Source of the DNA: Chloroflexota bacterium
Lineage (GTDB): Bacteria > Chloroflexota > Dehalococcoidia > UBA2979
Direction of reading: 5' to 3'
Assembly: GCA_027593235.1 (NCBI GenBank)
Contig: JAQCIU010000001.1
Span: forward strand, 103,132-167,131
DNA: 64,000 nucleotides
A program made the position numbers and the translations under genes. Of the stretch, positions 55,648 through 64,000 are shown piece by piece. The first letter of the stretch is position 1, and every line of letters starts with the position of its first letter. Below the pieces are notes generated by a model. That model was not told the origin of the DNA, made no database searches, and worked only from the letters and a program-made list of their open reading frames with translations.

Positions 55648-56757
55648 ATGCCAGATCCCAGCCTCGCCGAACGGCTCGATCAGCTCAAAGAAGCGGTCGA
55701 CGCCATCAAGGAGGCCCAGGAGGCTGCCGAGGGCGTCGAGGACATTGCCGACCAACTCGACGAGTTGACACGCCGGATCGACGAGGCGCGCGACGATCCC
55801 GACGCGCTCGATGCGGATACCTACGCCGACCTCGCGCTCGACCTGATGCTGGTGATTCCGAACAACCTGCCGCTTCCGGACGCCGCGAAGAAAGCGATCG
55901 AAGCGGTGGCAAGTGCGATTGCCGCCTTTATCCAGGGCGCGACGGGGCTCGCACTCTCGCTGCTCGCGCGGCGGTTCCGCGATCACCTCAAGGCGGGGAT
56001 GACGCCGGAAGAGGCAGCGCGGGCAGCGACGAACACGAAGGCTGAACGCAGCTGGCTGCTCACGCAGTTCCGCCTCGGCAAGGTGACGGCAGCCGGCGAT
56101 ACCCGCGAGGTCAAGACCCCCACGGAATGGCTATGGGAGAAGTTCAAGGGCATCCTTTCCGCCCTTACCGGCGGGCTGCTGATGGATCGGTCGCCGTTGC
56201 TGGTCGGCGCGGTGTTGGTGTTCCTGGTGGCGCTCGTCACATTCCTCCTCATCGGGCCATTCGGGTTACTCGGCGGCGGTGGCGGCGACGTGCCAGCGGA
56301 CGCCACCGAAGTGCCCACGGCCGCGCCGACCGAGAGCCCTGCGGCGACCGCGGCGACGAGCGAATCGCCTTCGCCGACGCCGACCGCGGCGCCAACGGAA
56401 GCAATCGCGAACCAGATGCCAGTAATCGCCGGCATCCAGGTCACGCTGCGGGTCCCGGTGACGACCTACCTCGTCAACGTGTCCGATCCGGACGGCGACG
56501 CCCTGAGCTTCAACTGGGGAATCGCCGGGGAGAACTGCGGCACCCCACGATCACCGCTGATCCAACCGGGCTCGTCCGCGTCGTTCTCATGGAGTCACAG
56601 CACGGATGCGCCCGACTCGTGTAAACACGCGTCGACCGATCACGCGGTGACCGTCTCCGTCGATGTCATCGAAGCCGGGGTGCCTCGGTGGTCGTGCATC
56701 ATCGAGGGCACCGAAACGCAGACGCTGACCGCGTCCGCCTGCGAGCCGATCCGCTGA
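55648..56757 (+). CDS. Hypothetical single-pass membrane protein (acidic coiled N-domain, TM, Pro/Thr linker, Cys-containing Ig-like ectodomain)
   Basis: GGAGGGAGG SD. TM LLVGAVLVFLVALVTFLLIGPFGLL. Linker TEVPTAAPTESPAATAATSESPSPTPTAAPTE. ...VNVSDPDGDALSFNW... cadherin/PKD-like strand motif. Confidence 0.65.
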   Translation: MPDPSLAERLDQLKEAVDAIKEAQEAAEGVEDIADQLDELTRRIDEARDDPDALDADTYADLALDLMLVIPNNLPLPDAAKKAIEAVASAIAAFIQGATGLALSLLARRFRDHLKAGMTPEEAARAATNTKAERSWLLTQFRLGKVTAAGDTREVKTPTEWLWEKFKGILSALTGGLLMDRSPLLVGAVLVFLVALVTFLLIGPFGLLGGGGGDVPADATEVPTAAPTESPAATAATSESPSPTPTAAPTEAIANQMPVIAGIQVTLRVPVTTYLVNVSDPDGDALSFNWGIAGENCGTPRSPLIQPGSSASFSWSHSTDAPDSCKHASTDHAVTVSVDVIEAGVPRWSCIIEGTETQTLTASACEPIR

Positions 56758-56848
56758 GTACCGACCGCGCTCGAGCTGAGCGCGCCGCCGCAGCGGGCGG
56801 CACACTGGCAAGTGCATCGCACGGGGCGCTCCGCGTGAGAGGCCGAGG

Positions 56849-57961
56849 ATGACCAACATCTACGAACGGTTCGGCGTCACGTCGGTGATCAACGCCGCCG
56901 GCAAGATGACCGCCCTCGGTGGCACCGCCCAGCACGAGGACGTCGCGCGCGCCCAGGCCGAGGCGGCGCAATCGCACGTCGACCTCGCCGCGCTGCGCGC
57001 ACGCGCCGGCGAATTGATCTCGCAACGTACCGGCGCCGAGGCCGCCAGTGTCACGACCGGCGCCGCCGCCGGGATCGCGATCGCGACCGCCGCGGTCGTC
57101 GCTGGGGCGGACCCGGAGCGCCTCGCTCGCTTGCCGGATTCCGAGGGCTGGACCAACCGCGTGCTCGTTCAGGGCGGCCACTGGATCAGCTTCGGCGCGG
57201 CGGTCGAGCAGATGATCCGTATCGGCGGTGGGCGGCCGGAGCGGATCGGCTCGGCGCAGAACGTGCCCGAGGAGCTGCTCGGTGGGGCGCTGCACGACGG
57301 CACGCCGGTCGCCGCGCTGCTGTACGTGCAGTCGCACCACTCGGCGCAGGAGCGGATGGTCAGCCTCGAACGCTGCGTCGAGCTGGCGCATGGGGTCGGC
57401 GTCCCGGTAATCGTGGATGCCGCCGCCGAGGAAGACCTCCGCCGCTACATCGCGATCGGCTGCGACCTCGTCACCTACTCCGGCGGCAAGGCGTTCGGCG
57501 GGCCGACCGTCGGCTTCATCGCCGGCCGTCGCGACCTGATCGAGGCCTGCGAGGCGCAGACCCGCGGCATCGCCCGTCCGATGAAGGTCGGCAAGGAGCA
57601 GATCGCCGGATTGCTGGTCGCCCTCGAACGCTACGAGGCGGCGGACGAGGCGGCCGAGCTGGAGCGCCGCCGCCGCGTTAACGCCGTCGTCCGCGCAGCC
57701 CTCGAGGGCGTCGCCACCGCCGAGGCATCGATCCACCTCGATGAAGCGGGCCGCCCGATCGAGCGCGTCGCGATCCGCGCCGTCGACGGCGCCTTCGAGG
57801 TGCGCGACCTGGTCGCCTACCTCGAAAGCGGGTCGCCGAGCATTCGGACCCGCAACCACCACCTCGGCGAGGGGGTGGTCTTCCTCGATCCGCGGGAGGT
57901 CAGCGAGGGACAGGCACCGCTAATCGCGGCGCGGCTGCGGGAGTACTTCGCGCCGCGCTGA
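56849..57961 (+). CDS. SelA-like PLP-dependent enzyme (DgaE-type D-glucosaminate-6-phosphate ammonia-lyase family)
   Basis: MTNIYERFGVTSVINAAGKMTALGG... and ...VTYSGGKAFGGPTVG... (PLP lysine region). Confidence 0.8.
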   Translation: MTNIYERFGVTSVINAAGKMTALGGTAQHEDVARAQAEAAQSHVDLAALRARAGELISQRTGAEAASVTTGAAAGIAIATAAVVAGADPERLARLPDSEGWTNRVLVQGGHWISFGAAVEQMIRIGGGRPERIGSAQNVPEELLGGALHDGTPVAALLYVQSHHSAQERMVSLERCVELAHGVGVPVIVDAAAEEDLRRYIAIGCDLVTYSGGKAFGGPTVGFIAGRRDLIEACEAQTRGIARPMKVGKEQIAGLLVALERYEAADEAAELERRRRVNAVVRAALEGVATAEASIHLDEAGRPIERVAIRAVDGAFEVRDLVAYLESGSPSIRTRNHHLGEGVVFLDPREVSEGQAPLIAARLREYFAPR

Positions 57962-57970
57962 CCCACGCTG

Positions 57971-58537
57971 CTACTGGCTCACCTCGGACGGTGCGGGAGC
58001 GGGCGCCAGGTGGGCGCGAACGTCGTCCGCGAAGGCGTCGACGTCGGCCCAGTCGGTGAGTTCGTGGTCGCGTGACATATCGGTGGGCTCGCCCTCTTTG
58101 CGGGCGATGGGGCGCATCACGCGCTTCTTGATGAAGCCGTACTGCGTGTACTTGATCGCGCCAGCGAACACGCCAACGACGTCCGGACTCCAGCCGGTCT
58201 GATCCATGAACTCGCTGGCATAGTCGGCGGCCTGCCCAGCGTATGGCTCGATTTCGGAGCCGGCGGCGCCGCTGACCGAGAAGAACGCCGAAGGCCGCGC
58301 TGTCAGCTCGTCGCGGTGCTGCCGCACGTAGGCCATCAGTTGCGATTCATGGTGGCCGAAGTGCACCGACCCGCCGATCGCGATCGCGTCGAAGTCCCGC
58401 AGGCTCACCGGCGCCTCGTCCATCGAGAAGACGTGGACGATCGCCTCGCGATCCGCGCGCAGTCGATCGGCGATATGGTGCGCGACCCGCGCGGTCTGGC
58501 CTTCGCGGGTGGTGTAGATAATCGCGAACTCACTCAT
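57971..58537 (-). CDS. hemG: Flavodoxin-domain protein, HemG-like protoporphyrinogen IX dehydrogenase
   Basis: MSEFAIIYTTREGQTARVAHHIADRL...IGGSVHFGHH...AGAIKYTQYGFIKKRVM...TDW... is collinear with HemG. GGAGG SD 8 nt upstream. Confidence 0.7.
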   Translation of the reverse strand: MSEFAIIYTTREGQTARVAHHIADRLRADREAIVHVFSMDEAPVSLRDFDAIAIGGSVHFGHHESQLMAYVRQHRDELTARPSAFFSVSGAAGSEIEPYAGQAADYASEFMDQTGWSPDVVGVFAGAIKYTQYGFIKKRVMRPIARKEGEPTDMSRDHELTDWADVDAFADDVRAHLAPAPAPSEVSQ

Positions 58538-58664
58538 GGGGCGCGCCTCCGTACTCAGGCAGCGTCCCAAGGCGGGCGGGCGGAGAGGAGGGCCGGAAGT
58601 CACGATGATGCTGTGCTGAAGGAACGAGGAAGTCCCACCTCGACCCCTGGCCGTGCGCTCGCCG

Positions 58665-60389
58665 TTAGGATGGCCGCCGCATCGTGTCCATCGTGTCGCC
58701 ACGCTGTACGAGGGCGTCGCCACCCGAGTAGCCCATCGGCGCGCCGTCCGCGCGCCAGCAGGCGGCGCCGATGAACAGGCCTGTCTCTGGGTCGCGCATC
58801 AGCCCGTTCATCCCGCCGGCGACCTTGTACACCGGCAGGATCTCGTGGCCGCGCCCGCCGAGGTCGCCCGAGAGGGCGTCGAAGCCGCCGAAGCCCTCGA
58901 AGCCCTGCTCCAGCTCGAGGCCGAGCCCGCGGTCCCACATCCGAGGCGCCTCGACCGCCTGCTGCAGCGTCATGCCGTGGACGATGACGTTGGCGATCGC
59001 CTGAGCGACCGCGCCGAAGATACGGAGGCCGCCCGGGGTGCCGAGCGACATAAACGGCTGGTCGTCTTTGAGCACGATCACCGGCGACATCGAGGAGAGG
59101 ATGCGCTTGCCGGGGGCGATCGAATTCGTGCGGCCGGGAATCGGGTCCATGAGCTGCATGCAGTTGTTCAGCAGCATGCCGGTCCCGGGAACAGTCACTT
59201 TCGAGCCGAATGTGTAGTGCAGCGTGTTCGTCGTGGCGACGATGTTGCCGTCCTCGTCGATGGTCGAGCAGTGCGTCGTCGAGTGCTGTTCGCGGTCGGG
59301 GACGACGGTCGCTACATAATCCTGCGACTCACCCACCATAATCTGCTCGGCTCGCTGCGCCGCGTACTCGTCCGAGGTGAGCCAGTCGATCGGGATGTCC
59401 GAGGTCAGCGGGTCGGCCATGAACTCCGTGCGGTCGGCGAAGGCGATCTTCATCGCCTCCGATAGCAGATGGGTGTAGTCGGGGGAGGCGAAGCCCATCT
59501 CCGCGATCGGGAAGTGGTTGAGGATCTTCAGCATCTGGATGATGTGCGTGGCGCCCGAGGACGGCGGCGGCGGCGCGACGATCTCGTAGCCGCGGACCAT
59601 GCCGCGGACCGGCGGGCGCTCGTAGATCTGGTAGTTCTCGATCTCCTCCATCGTGATCAGGCCGCCGTTGGCGGCCATGTCGTCGGCGATCGCCAGGCCC
59701 AGGGGGCCGTGATAGAGGTAGTCCGCGCCAGCGGTGGAGATCGCCTCAAGCGTGTCGGCGTAGGCCTCGCGAACGATCGTGTCGCCGACGGCGGGCGGCT
59801 GTCCGTCCTTCAGGAAGACGCTCGCCGTGTCCTCGTAGGCACGCATGCCCTCGAGTTCGATCGTGATGATGTTGTTCAGGTAGGGGCTGACGCGAAAGCC
59901 GCGGCGCGCGAAGCGGATCGCCGGCGCCATCACGTCGGCCAGCGGCAGCCGCCCGTACTTCTCGACGGCCGTGCACCAGCCGAGGAGCGTGCCGCCGACC
60001 GCGACCGCCTTGTGGCCCAGCGCGTTGAGGTCGTCAACGACCTCGTAGTTGTGGGCGGGCGGGATCGCGTCGAACAGATCGGGCGTCGCCGCGTGCGGGA
60101 CGGTCGCGTAGTTGTCGATCACGACGGCGGTGCCGTCCGCCATCCGGATGTTGACGAACCCGGCGCCGAAGATCGTCACCATCATCGGCTCGACGACGGT
60201 CAGCGCGAACATCGTCGCGATCGCTGCGTCGACGGCGTTCCCACCGTTGACCAGCATCTCGTTCCCGGCCAGGGAGGCCAGCGGGTGGTTCGAGGTCACC
60301 ATCCCCTTCGACCCGACCGCCGGCTGCTTCACCGTCGGGAAGTCGTAGCGGCCTCGTGGATTGGCAATGCCGGGGAGGGTGGTCGTCAT
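58665..60389 (-). CDS. ggt: Gamma-glutamyltransferase
   Basis: ...STTHCSTIDEDGNIV... (autoprocessing Thr) and ...MSPVIVLKDDQPFMSLGTPGG... Confidence 0.93.
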   Translation of the reverse strand: MTTTLPGIANPRGRYDFPTVKQPAVGSKGMVTSNHPLASLAGNEMLVNGGNAVDAAIATMFALTVVEPMMVTIFGAGFVNIRMADGTAVVIDNYATVPHAATPDLFDAIPPAHNYEVVDDLNALGHKAVAVGGTLLGWCTAVEKYGRLPLADVMAPAIRFARRGFRVSPYLNNIITIELEGMRAYEDTASVFLKDGQPPAVGDTIVREAYADTLEAISTAGADYLYHGPLGLAIADDMAANGGLITMEEIENYQIYERPPVRGMVRGYEIVAPPPPSSGATHIIQMLKILNHFPIAEMGFASPDYTHLLSEAMKIAFADRTEFMADPLTSDIPIDWLTSDEYAAQRAEQIMVGESQDYVATVVPDREQHSTTHCSTIDEDGNIVATTNTLHYTFGSKVTVPGTGMLLNNCMQLMDPIPGRTNSIAPGKRILSSMSPVIVLKDDQPFMSLGTPGGLRIFGAVAQAIANVIVHGMTLQQAVEAPRMWDRGLGLELEQGFEGFGGFDALSGDLGGRGHEILPVYKVAGGMNGLMRDPETGLFIGAACWRADGAPMGYSGGDALVQRGDTMDTMRRPS

Positions 60390-60552
60390 CGAGGCGCCTC
60401 GGTTCTCTCGGGCGCGCCTCGGGCGGGGCGAGCCGAGGCGCATTGTGCGCGACGGGCGCGGTGCGGGGCCAGCGAGCGCGGGAACGCGGGGGATTGGGCG
60501 CGGACGTGGACAGGAAATGGAAAGATTGAACTGCGGTGTCTAGGCTGCCGTG

Positions 60553-60780
60553 ATGCACTGAGACGAACTCGGACGGCTCCGTCAAGGCGGCGGAAACCTC
60601 AAGGGCCGCGACCTCCGCGATGCCGCCGAGAGTTGCGGTTGGTTTCACGTCAGGACCAAGGGCGGCCACCACGCCTATCGCAAGGGCGGGTTTCGTACGT
60701 TGATCATCCCGGAATCCGTGAATTCTGGTACCGCCCGTAGTATCATAAATGCACTGATCGCCGCGCTAGAGGACGAATGA
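60553..60780 (+). pseudogene. hicA: hicA-family toxin gene with an in-frame TGA at codon 3
   Basis: ATG CAC TGA, then an open frame DELGRLRQGGGNLKGRDLRDAAESCGWFHVRTKGGHHAYRKGGFRTLIIPESVNSGTARSIINALIAALEDE. No ATG/GTG/TTG occurs after the TGA until late in the frame. The stop overlaps the hicB start (ATGATG). Confidence 0.65.
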
Positions 60781-61202
60781 TGGATCGACGCACGTTCCTG
60801 GAAGCTCCTTATCACCGTCACTGGTTTCGTGATGAGGACGGGGGCTGGTCCGCGGAGGTCGCTGAACTCGATGGCGTCTTCGCGAGCGGCGATTCGCTCG
60901 AGGAGGTCGCGTCCAACCTCGACGAGGCGATGGCGTTGTGGTTCGAGGTCGAGCAAGAAGAGGGGCGTTCGATTCCAGCGCCCTGGGGAAGCCGCTCCCA
61001 CTCCGGGACGTTGAATCTGCGGCTGCCGAAGTCGCTACACGAGCTCGCGGCCCGGCGGGCGAAGATCGAGGGCGTGTCCCTCAACCAGTACCTTCTGACC
61101 GCGATCGCAGCTCACGTCGGTACTTCCGCCTCGCTCGACGCCCCGCTAGGCACCTCGGCGCGCGCCGCGCAGCCGCCCGAGGATCTGGCCCAGACGGCGT
61201 AG
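60777..61202 (+). CDS. hicB: HicB-family antitoxin (RNase-H-like N-domain plus RHH DNA-binding domain)
   Basis: ...GGWSAEVAELDGVFASGDSLEEVASNLDEAMALWFE... and ...LNLRLPKSLHELAARRAKIEGVSLNQYLLTAIA. Confidence 0.85.
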   Translation: MMDRRTFLEAPYHRHWFRDEDGGWSAEVAELDGVFASGDSLEEVASNLDEAMALWFEVEQEEGRSIPAPWGSRSHSGTLNLRLPKSLHELAARRAKIEGVSLNQYLLTAIAAHVGTSASLDAPLGTSARAAQPPEDLAQTA

Positions 61203-61214
61203 CCGGTCGATCAG

Positions 61215-61243
61215 CAGAGGCCGCGTCACGGACGCGGCCTCTG
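61215..61243. terminator. 13-bp perfect hairpin between convergent hicB and crotonase genes
   Basis: CAGAGGCCGCGTC-acg-GACGCGGCCTCTG. Confidence 0.6.
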
Positions 61244-61270
61244 TCAAAGCTGCTTCCGAGGTAGTGGCGG

Positions 61271-62110
61271 CTAGCGGCCGGTGAACTCTGGGTCGCGGCG
61301 CTCCATGAACGACGCGACACCTTCCTTGAAGTCCTCCATGCCGAAGAGCACCCGCAGGTGGACCAGCAGGTGGTCGACCGTCGTCTCGTACGTTTCGTTC
61401 ATGCCCTGGCGCATCATTCGCTTCGTCGCCTGGACGGCCATCGGTGCGTTGGTGGCGATCTCCTGGGCCCACTGGCGAGCGGTCGCCATCAGGTCCTCGT
61501 CCGGCACCACTTCGTTGACGATGCCGAGTTCCTTGCACTCGGCGGCGCCGACGACGCGGCCGCGGAAGAACAGCTCGGCGGACTTGCCCCAGCCGATCAG
61601 GCGCGGGAGCAGCCAGGTGCCGCCGCTCTCGGGGAGCAGGTTCCGCTTCGCGGTGACGGCGGCCATGCGGCCGCTCTCACCGGAGATGCGGATGTCGCAG
61701 AGCAGCGCGAGGTCCATGCCGTACCCGGCGGCGGCGCCGTTGAGCGCGCAGATCACCGGCTTGTCCATGTTCCACAGCACCGTCGGCGGCGAGTCGTGCA
61801 GGTCGAAGAGCTGCTGGACCTGCTTGCCCGCCGCCTCGCGGGCGCCGGGCCCGCTGTCCACGAGGTCGAGGCCGGCGCAGAAGCCGCGCCCGGTCCCGGT
61901 GATGATCAGCGCGCGTACCTCGGGGTCGCGGTTCGCCTGGGTCAGCATGCGGCTGAGCGCGCCCAGCATCTCTGTGCTGATCGCGTTCATGCGGTCAGGG
62001 CGGTTGAAGGTCAGGATCAGGACCTGGCCGTCGCGCTCGGCGAGGAGTTGGTCGGTGCCGGTGTCGACCGCCGTGGTCGACGCCCGCGTGGGGGCGGTTT
62101 CGGTGGTCAT
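61271..62110 (-). CDS. Enoyl-CoA hydratase/isomerase (crotonase) family protein
   Basis: ...LTFNRPDRMNAI...ITGTGRGFCAGLDL... Confidence 0.92.
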   Translation of the reverse strand: MTTETAPTRASTTAVDTGTDQLLAERDGQVLILTFNRPDRMNAISTEMLGALSRMLTQANRDPEVRALIITGTGRGFCAGLDLVDSGPGAREAAGKQVQQLFDLHDSPPTVLWNMDKPVICALNGAAAGYGMDLALLCDIRISGESGRMAAVTAKRNLLPESGGTWLLPRLIGWGKSAELFFRGRVVGAAECKELGIVNEVVPDEDLMATARQWAQEIATNAPMAVQATKRMMRQGMNETYETTVDHLLVHLRVLFGMEDFKEGVASFMERRDPEFTGR

Positions 62111-62183
62111 GGCTTGGCTCCTCGGATCAGCGTGGATGGCGTTTCGAACATTGTTTGAATGCTAGCAGCGGGGGCCGGGGTGT

Positions 62184-62629
62184 CTACGGCCGAACGGCCG
62201 TCTCCTCGGTCACTTCCTCGGTCGCCTCCCGCATCACGACGTCAACGCTGTCGTGCTCCCAGTGGAGGACGTGCTCGACGTGTTCGCGCACCGTCCATTC
62301 GTCGCCCTTCGCGCGCAGTCCGAGGACGGCGTCGTCCGACACGAGGAGCTGACCGGCCAGTTCGACGCGCTCGCGCAGCCAGTCGCGGAGCAGCCGCGCC
62401 AATTCCGATTCCTGCATTGCTTTGCCGTCGTAGCGGGCGCTGCTGATCGCGCCGGCGTGCATGCGGTCGTGCTCGAGGTTGTGGACCAGCAGCCGCCGCA
62501 CCCCGCCGTCCATCGCACAGCCGTGGCTGCACGCGTGATCGAGGTCGTCGTCGCTCAACTGCTGCAGGCGATCGACGGTCTCCGCGATCGAGTCGAGGAG
62601 CTGGCGTGCCAGCGTTCGTGTTTCGCTCA
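62184..62629 (-). CDS. DinB-family (four-helix-bundle metal-binding) protein
   Basis: GTG start with GGAG SD. His-rich helix ends (...HNLEHDRMHAG...EHVEHVLHWEHD). Confidence 0.7.
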
Positions 62630-62670
62630 CCGCTACGCTCCTCGTCTTCGCGCGACTCGATGTGCCTGCG

Positions 62671-63804
62671 CTAGCGGGCGACCATCCCCGACTGCATCCG
62701 ATCGAGGATCTCCTCGGCCTGCTTCGCCATCGCGCGGACGACGTCCTGCGCGCCAAGCTGCGCGGTCACGAGACCGGCGGCCTGGCCACCGGCGTTGCGG
62801 ATCAGGTCGATGCGCCCCGCCTGGCGGGCGGCGCGCTGCGTCGGCTCGGCGATTGCGCCCTGGGCGCCCATCGGCAACGCGTGGAGGCCGCTCTGTTCCC
62901 AGAGGTCGATCAGCGGGTTCTTGATGTTGCGCATCGTCTTGCCGCTGTAGAGGCGGGTGATGATGGTGTCTTCGTCGACCGCCTCGATCACGCGCTCCTT
63001 CAGCTCCTGGTCGAGGTGGGCTTCCTTCGTCGCGAGGAACAGCGTGCCGCACCAGACGCCCTCGGCGCCCAGCGCGAGCGCGGCCGCGAGCCCGCGTCCG
63101 TCGGCGATGCCGCCAGCCGCCACGACCGGCATCGGCGTCACCGCGTCGACCACCTGCGGCACGAGCGCCATCGTCCCGATGCGGCCGGTGTGACCGCCCG
63201 CCTCGGTGCCCTGCGCGACCACGATGTCGGCGCCGCCGTCGCGGATGCGCCGCGCGTTCTTCACGTTACCGACGAGACCGATCACCTTCGCGCCGTTCCC
63301 GTGGAACGCCTCGACGTACTGCGCGGGGTTCCCGAGGCCGCTCGCGAAGACCGGCACGTTCTCCTGGAGGATGACGTCAACCTGGCGGTTCTGCCGCTCA
63401 GCGGAGCTGAGCCGCGCCCATTCCTCGTCGCGCGGCGGATCGGCGGGGCCCGGGTCCGGGAGGTCGAACGCCTCGTAGACCCGCTGCTGGAACTTCACGT
63501 ACTCCTCGGGGAGCTGTGGCGCGCCGGACCCGTCGCGCGTCTCGCGGGACAGGTCGGCGAGGGTGGCAGTGGCGTTCGGCAGCAGGATGTCCACGCCGAA
63601 CGGCTTGCTCGTGTACTCGCGGATCTTGCGGACGCTCTCGGAAATCTCGTCCGGCGTCATCGCCGCCGCGCCCAGCACGCCCAGCCCGCCCGCCTCGGAA
63701 ACCGCGGCGGCTAGCTCCCATTCTGCTACCGGCGACATCCCGGCCAGCATGATTGGGTACTCGATACCAAGCATTTCGGTGATGCGGTTGGAAAGTGACG
63801 CCAT
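62671..63804 (-). CDS. Nitronate monooxygenase (NMO / 2-nitropropane dioxygenase family)
   Basis: ...MLGIEYPIMLAGMSPVAEWELAAAVSEAGGLGVLG... and ...VVAQGTEAGGHTG... Confidence 0.92.
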   Translation of the reverse strand: MASLSNRITEMLGIEYPIMLAGMSPVAEWELAAAVSEAGGLGVLGAAAMTPDEISESVRKIREYTSKPFGVDILLPNATATLADLSRETRDGSGAPQLPEEYVKFQQRVYEAFDLPDPGPADPPRDEEWARLSSAERQNRQVDVILQENVPVFASGLGNPAQYVEAFHGNGAKVIGLVGNVKNARRIRDGGADIVVAQGTEAGGHTGRIGTMALVPQVVDAVTPMPVVAAGGIADGRGLAAALALGAEGVWCGTLFLATKEAHLDQELKERVIEAVDEDTIITRLYSGKTMRNIKNPLIDLWEQSGLHALPMGAQGAIAEPTQRAARQAGRIDLIRNAGGQAAGLVTAQLGAQDVVRAMAKQAEEILDRMQSGMVAR

Positions 63805-64000
63805 CGGATGCTCCTCGCTGCGAGGTGATGGTGTGCTCCGCCGATCGGCGCGTCAAGCATTACAGGTGTTGGGTTGCCTCCGCGGTTCGCTGGGCGATCG
63901 ATTGCCCTCGGAGGGTCGGGGCTTGCCTTCTGCGGTGACGATGCTGGCCCGGAAGATTCCACCCCCCCCGCCCGAAGTCGTTGAGGAGGTTGTACCCCCT

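Noticed and set aside
1-64000. CRISPR arrays, rRNA or tRNA genes
   Set aside because: No regularly spaced direct repeats were seen, and no GGTTCGAATCC-type T-loops in a proper cloverleaf context. All gaps over 150 bp were inspected individually.

Overview
High-GC (~68-70%), gene-dense chromosomal window from an unidentified Terrabacteria-type organism (strong GGAGG Shine-Dalgarno sites, ...AAC lipoboxes). I support about 65 protein genes, one riboswitch, one insertion sequence and no rRNA, tRNA or CRISPR. Most of it is ordinary housekeeping or accessory metabolism. This includes a TPP-riboswitch-controlled ykoF/thiXYZ-like transporter, an M1 aminopeptidase, tag, gpmA, a class-I DAHP synthase, ggt, an SCO/PCuAC/CtaG copper-delivery cluster, a stand-alone long-form S14, and CoA-transferase, crotonase and hotdog enzymes. 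The best candidate for something new is at 29.8-33.1 kb. A ~0.6 kb hairpin-rich non-coding leader precedes four lower-GC3 genes: two paralogous TasA/camelysin-like proteins with SipW-type signal peptides, a DUF5305-like two-TM protein and a small Fn3 protein. No dedicated signal peptidase is present. Other points worth a second look: (i) genes whose conserved N-termini lack any ATG/GTG/TTG but have an AGGAG/GGAG SD in front of CTG or ATC; (ii) a high density of coding lesions (two in-frame TAGs, one TGA, at least two frameshifts); (iii) a PadR module sitting between diverged duplicates of a sigma-factor/tag junction; (iv) an IS110 element with a candidate bridge-RNA region; (v) a hicAB pair with a nonsense-disrupted toxin; (vi) a 45-codon ORF with an RRE-type leader-like motif; (vii) an orphan membrane protein wedged between an amidohydrolase gene and a SelA-like lyase gene. 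All family assignments come from reading the translations by eye; no database search was run.
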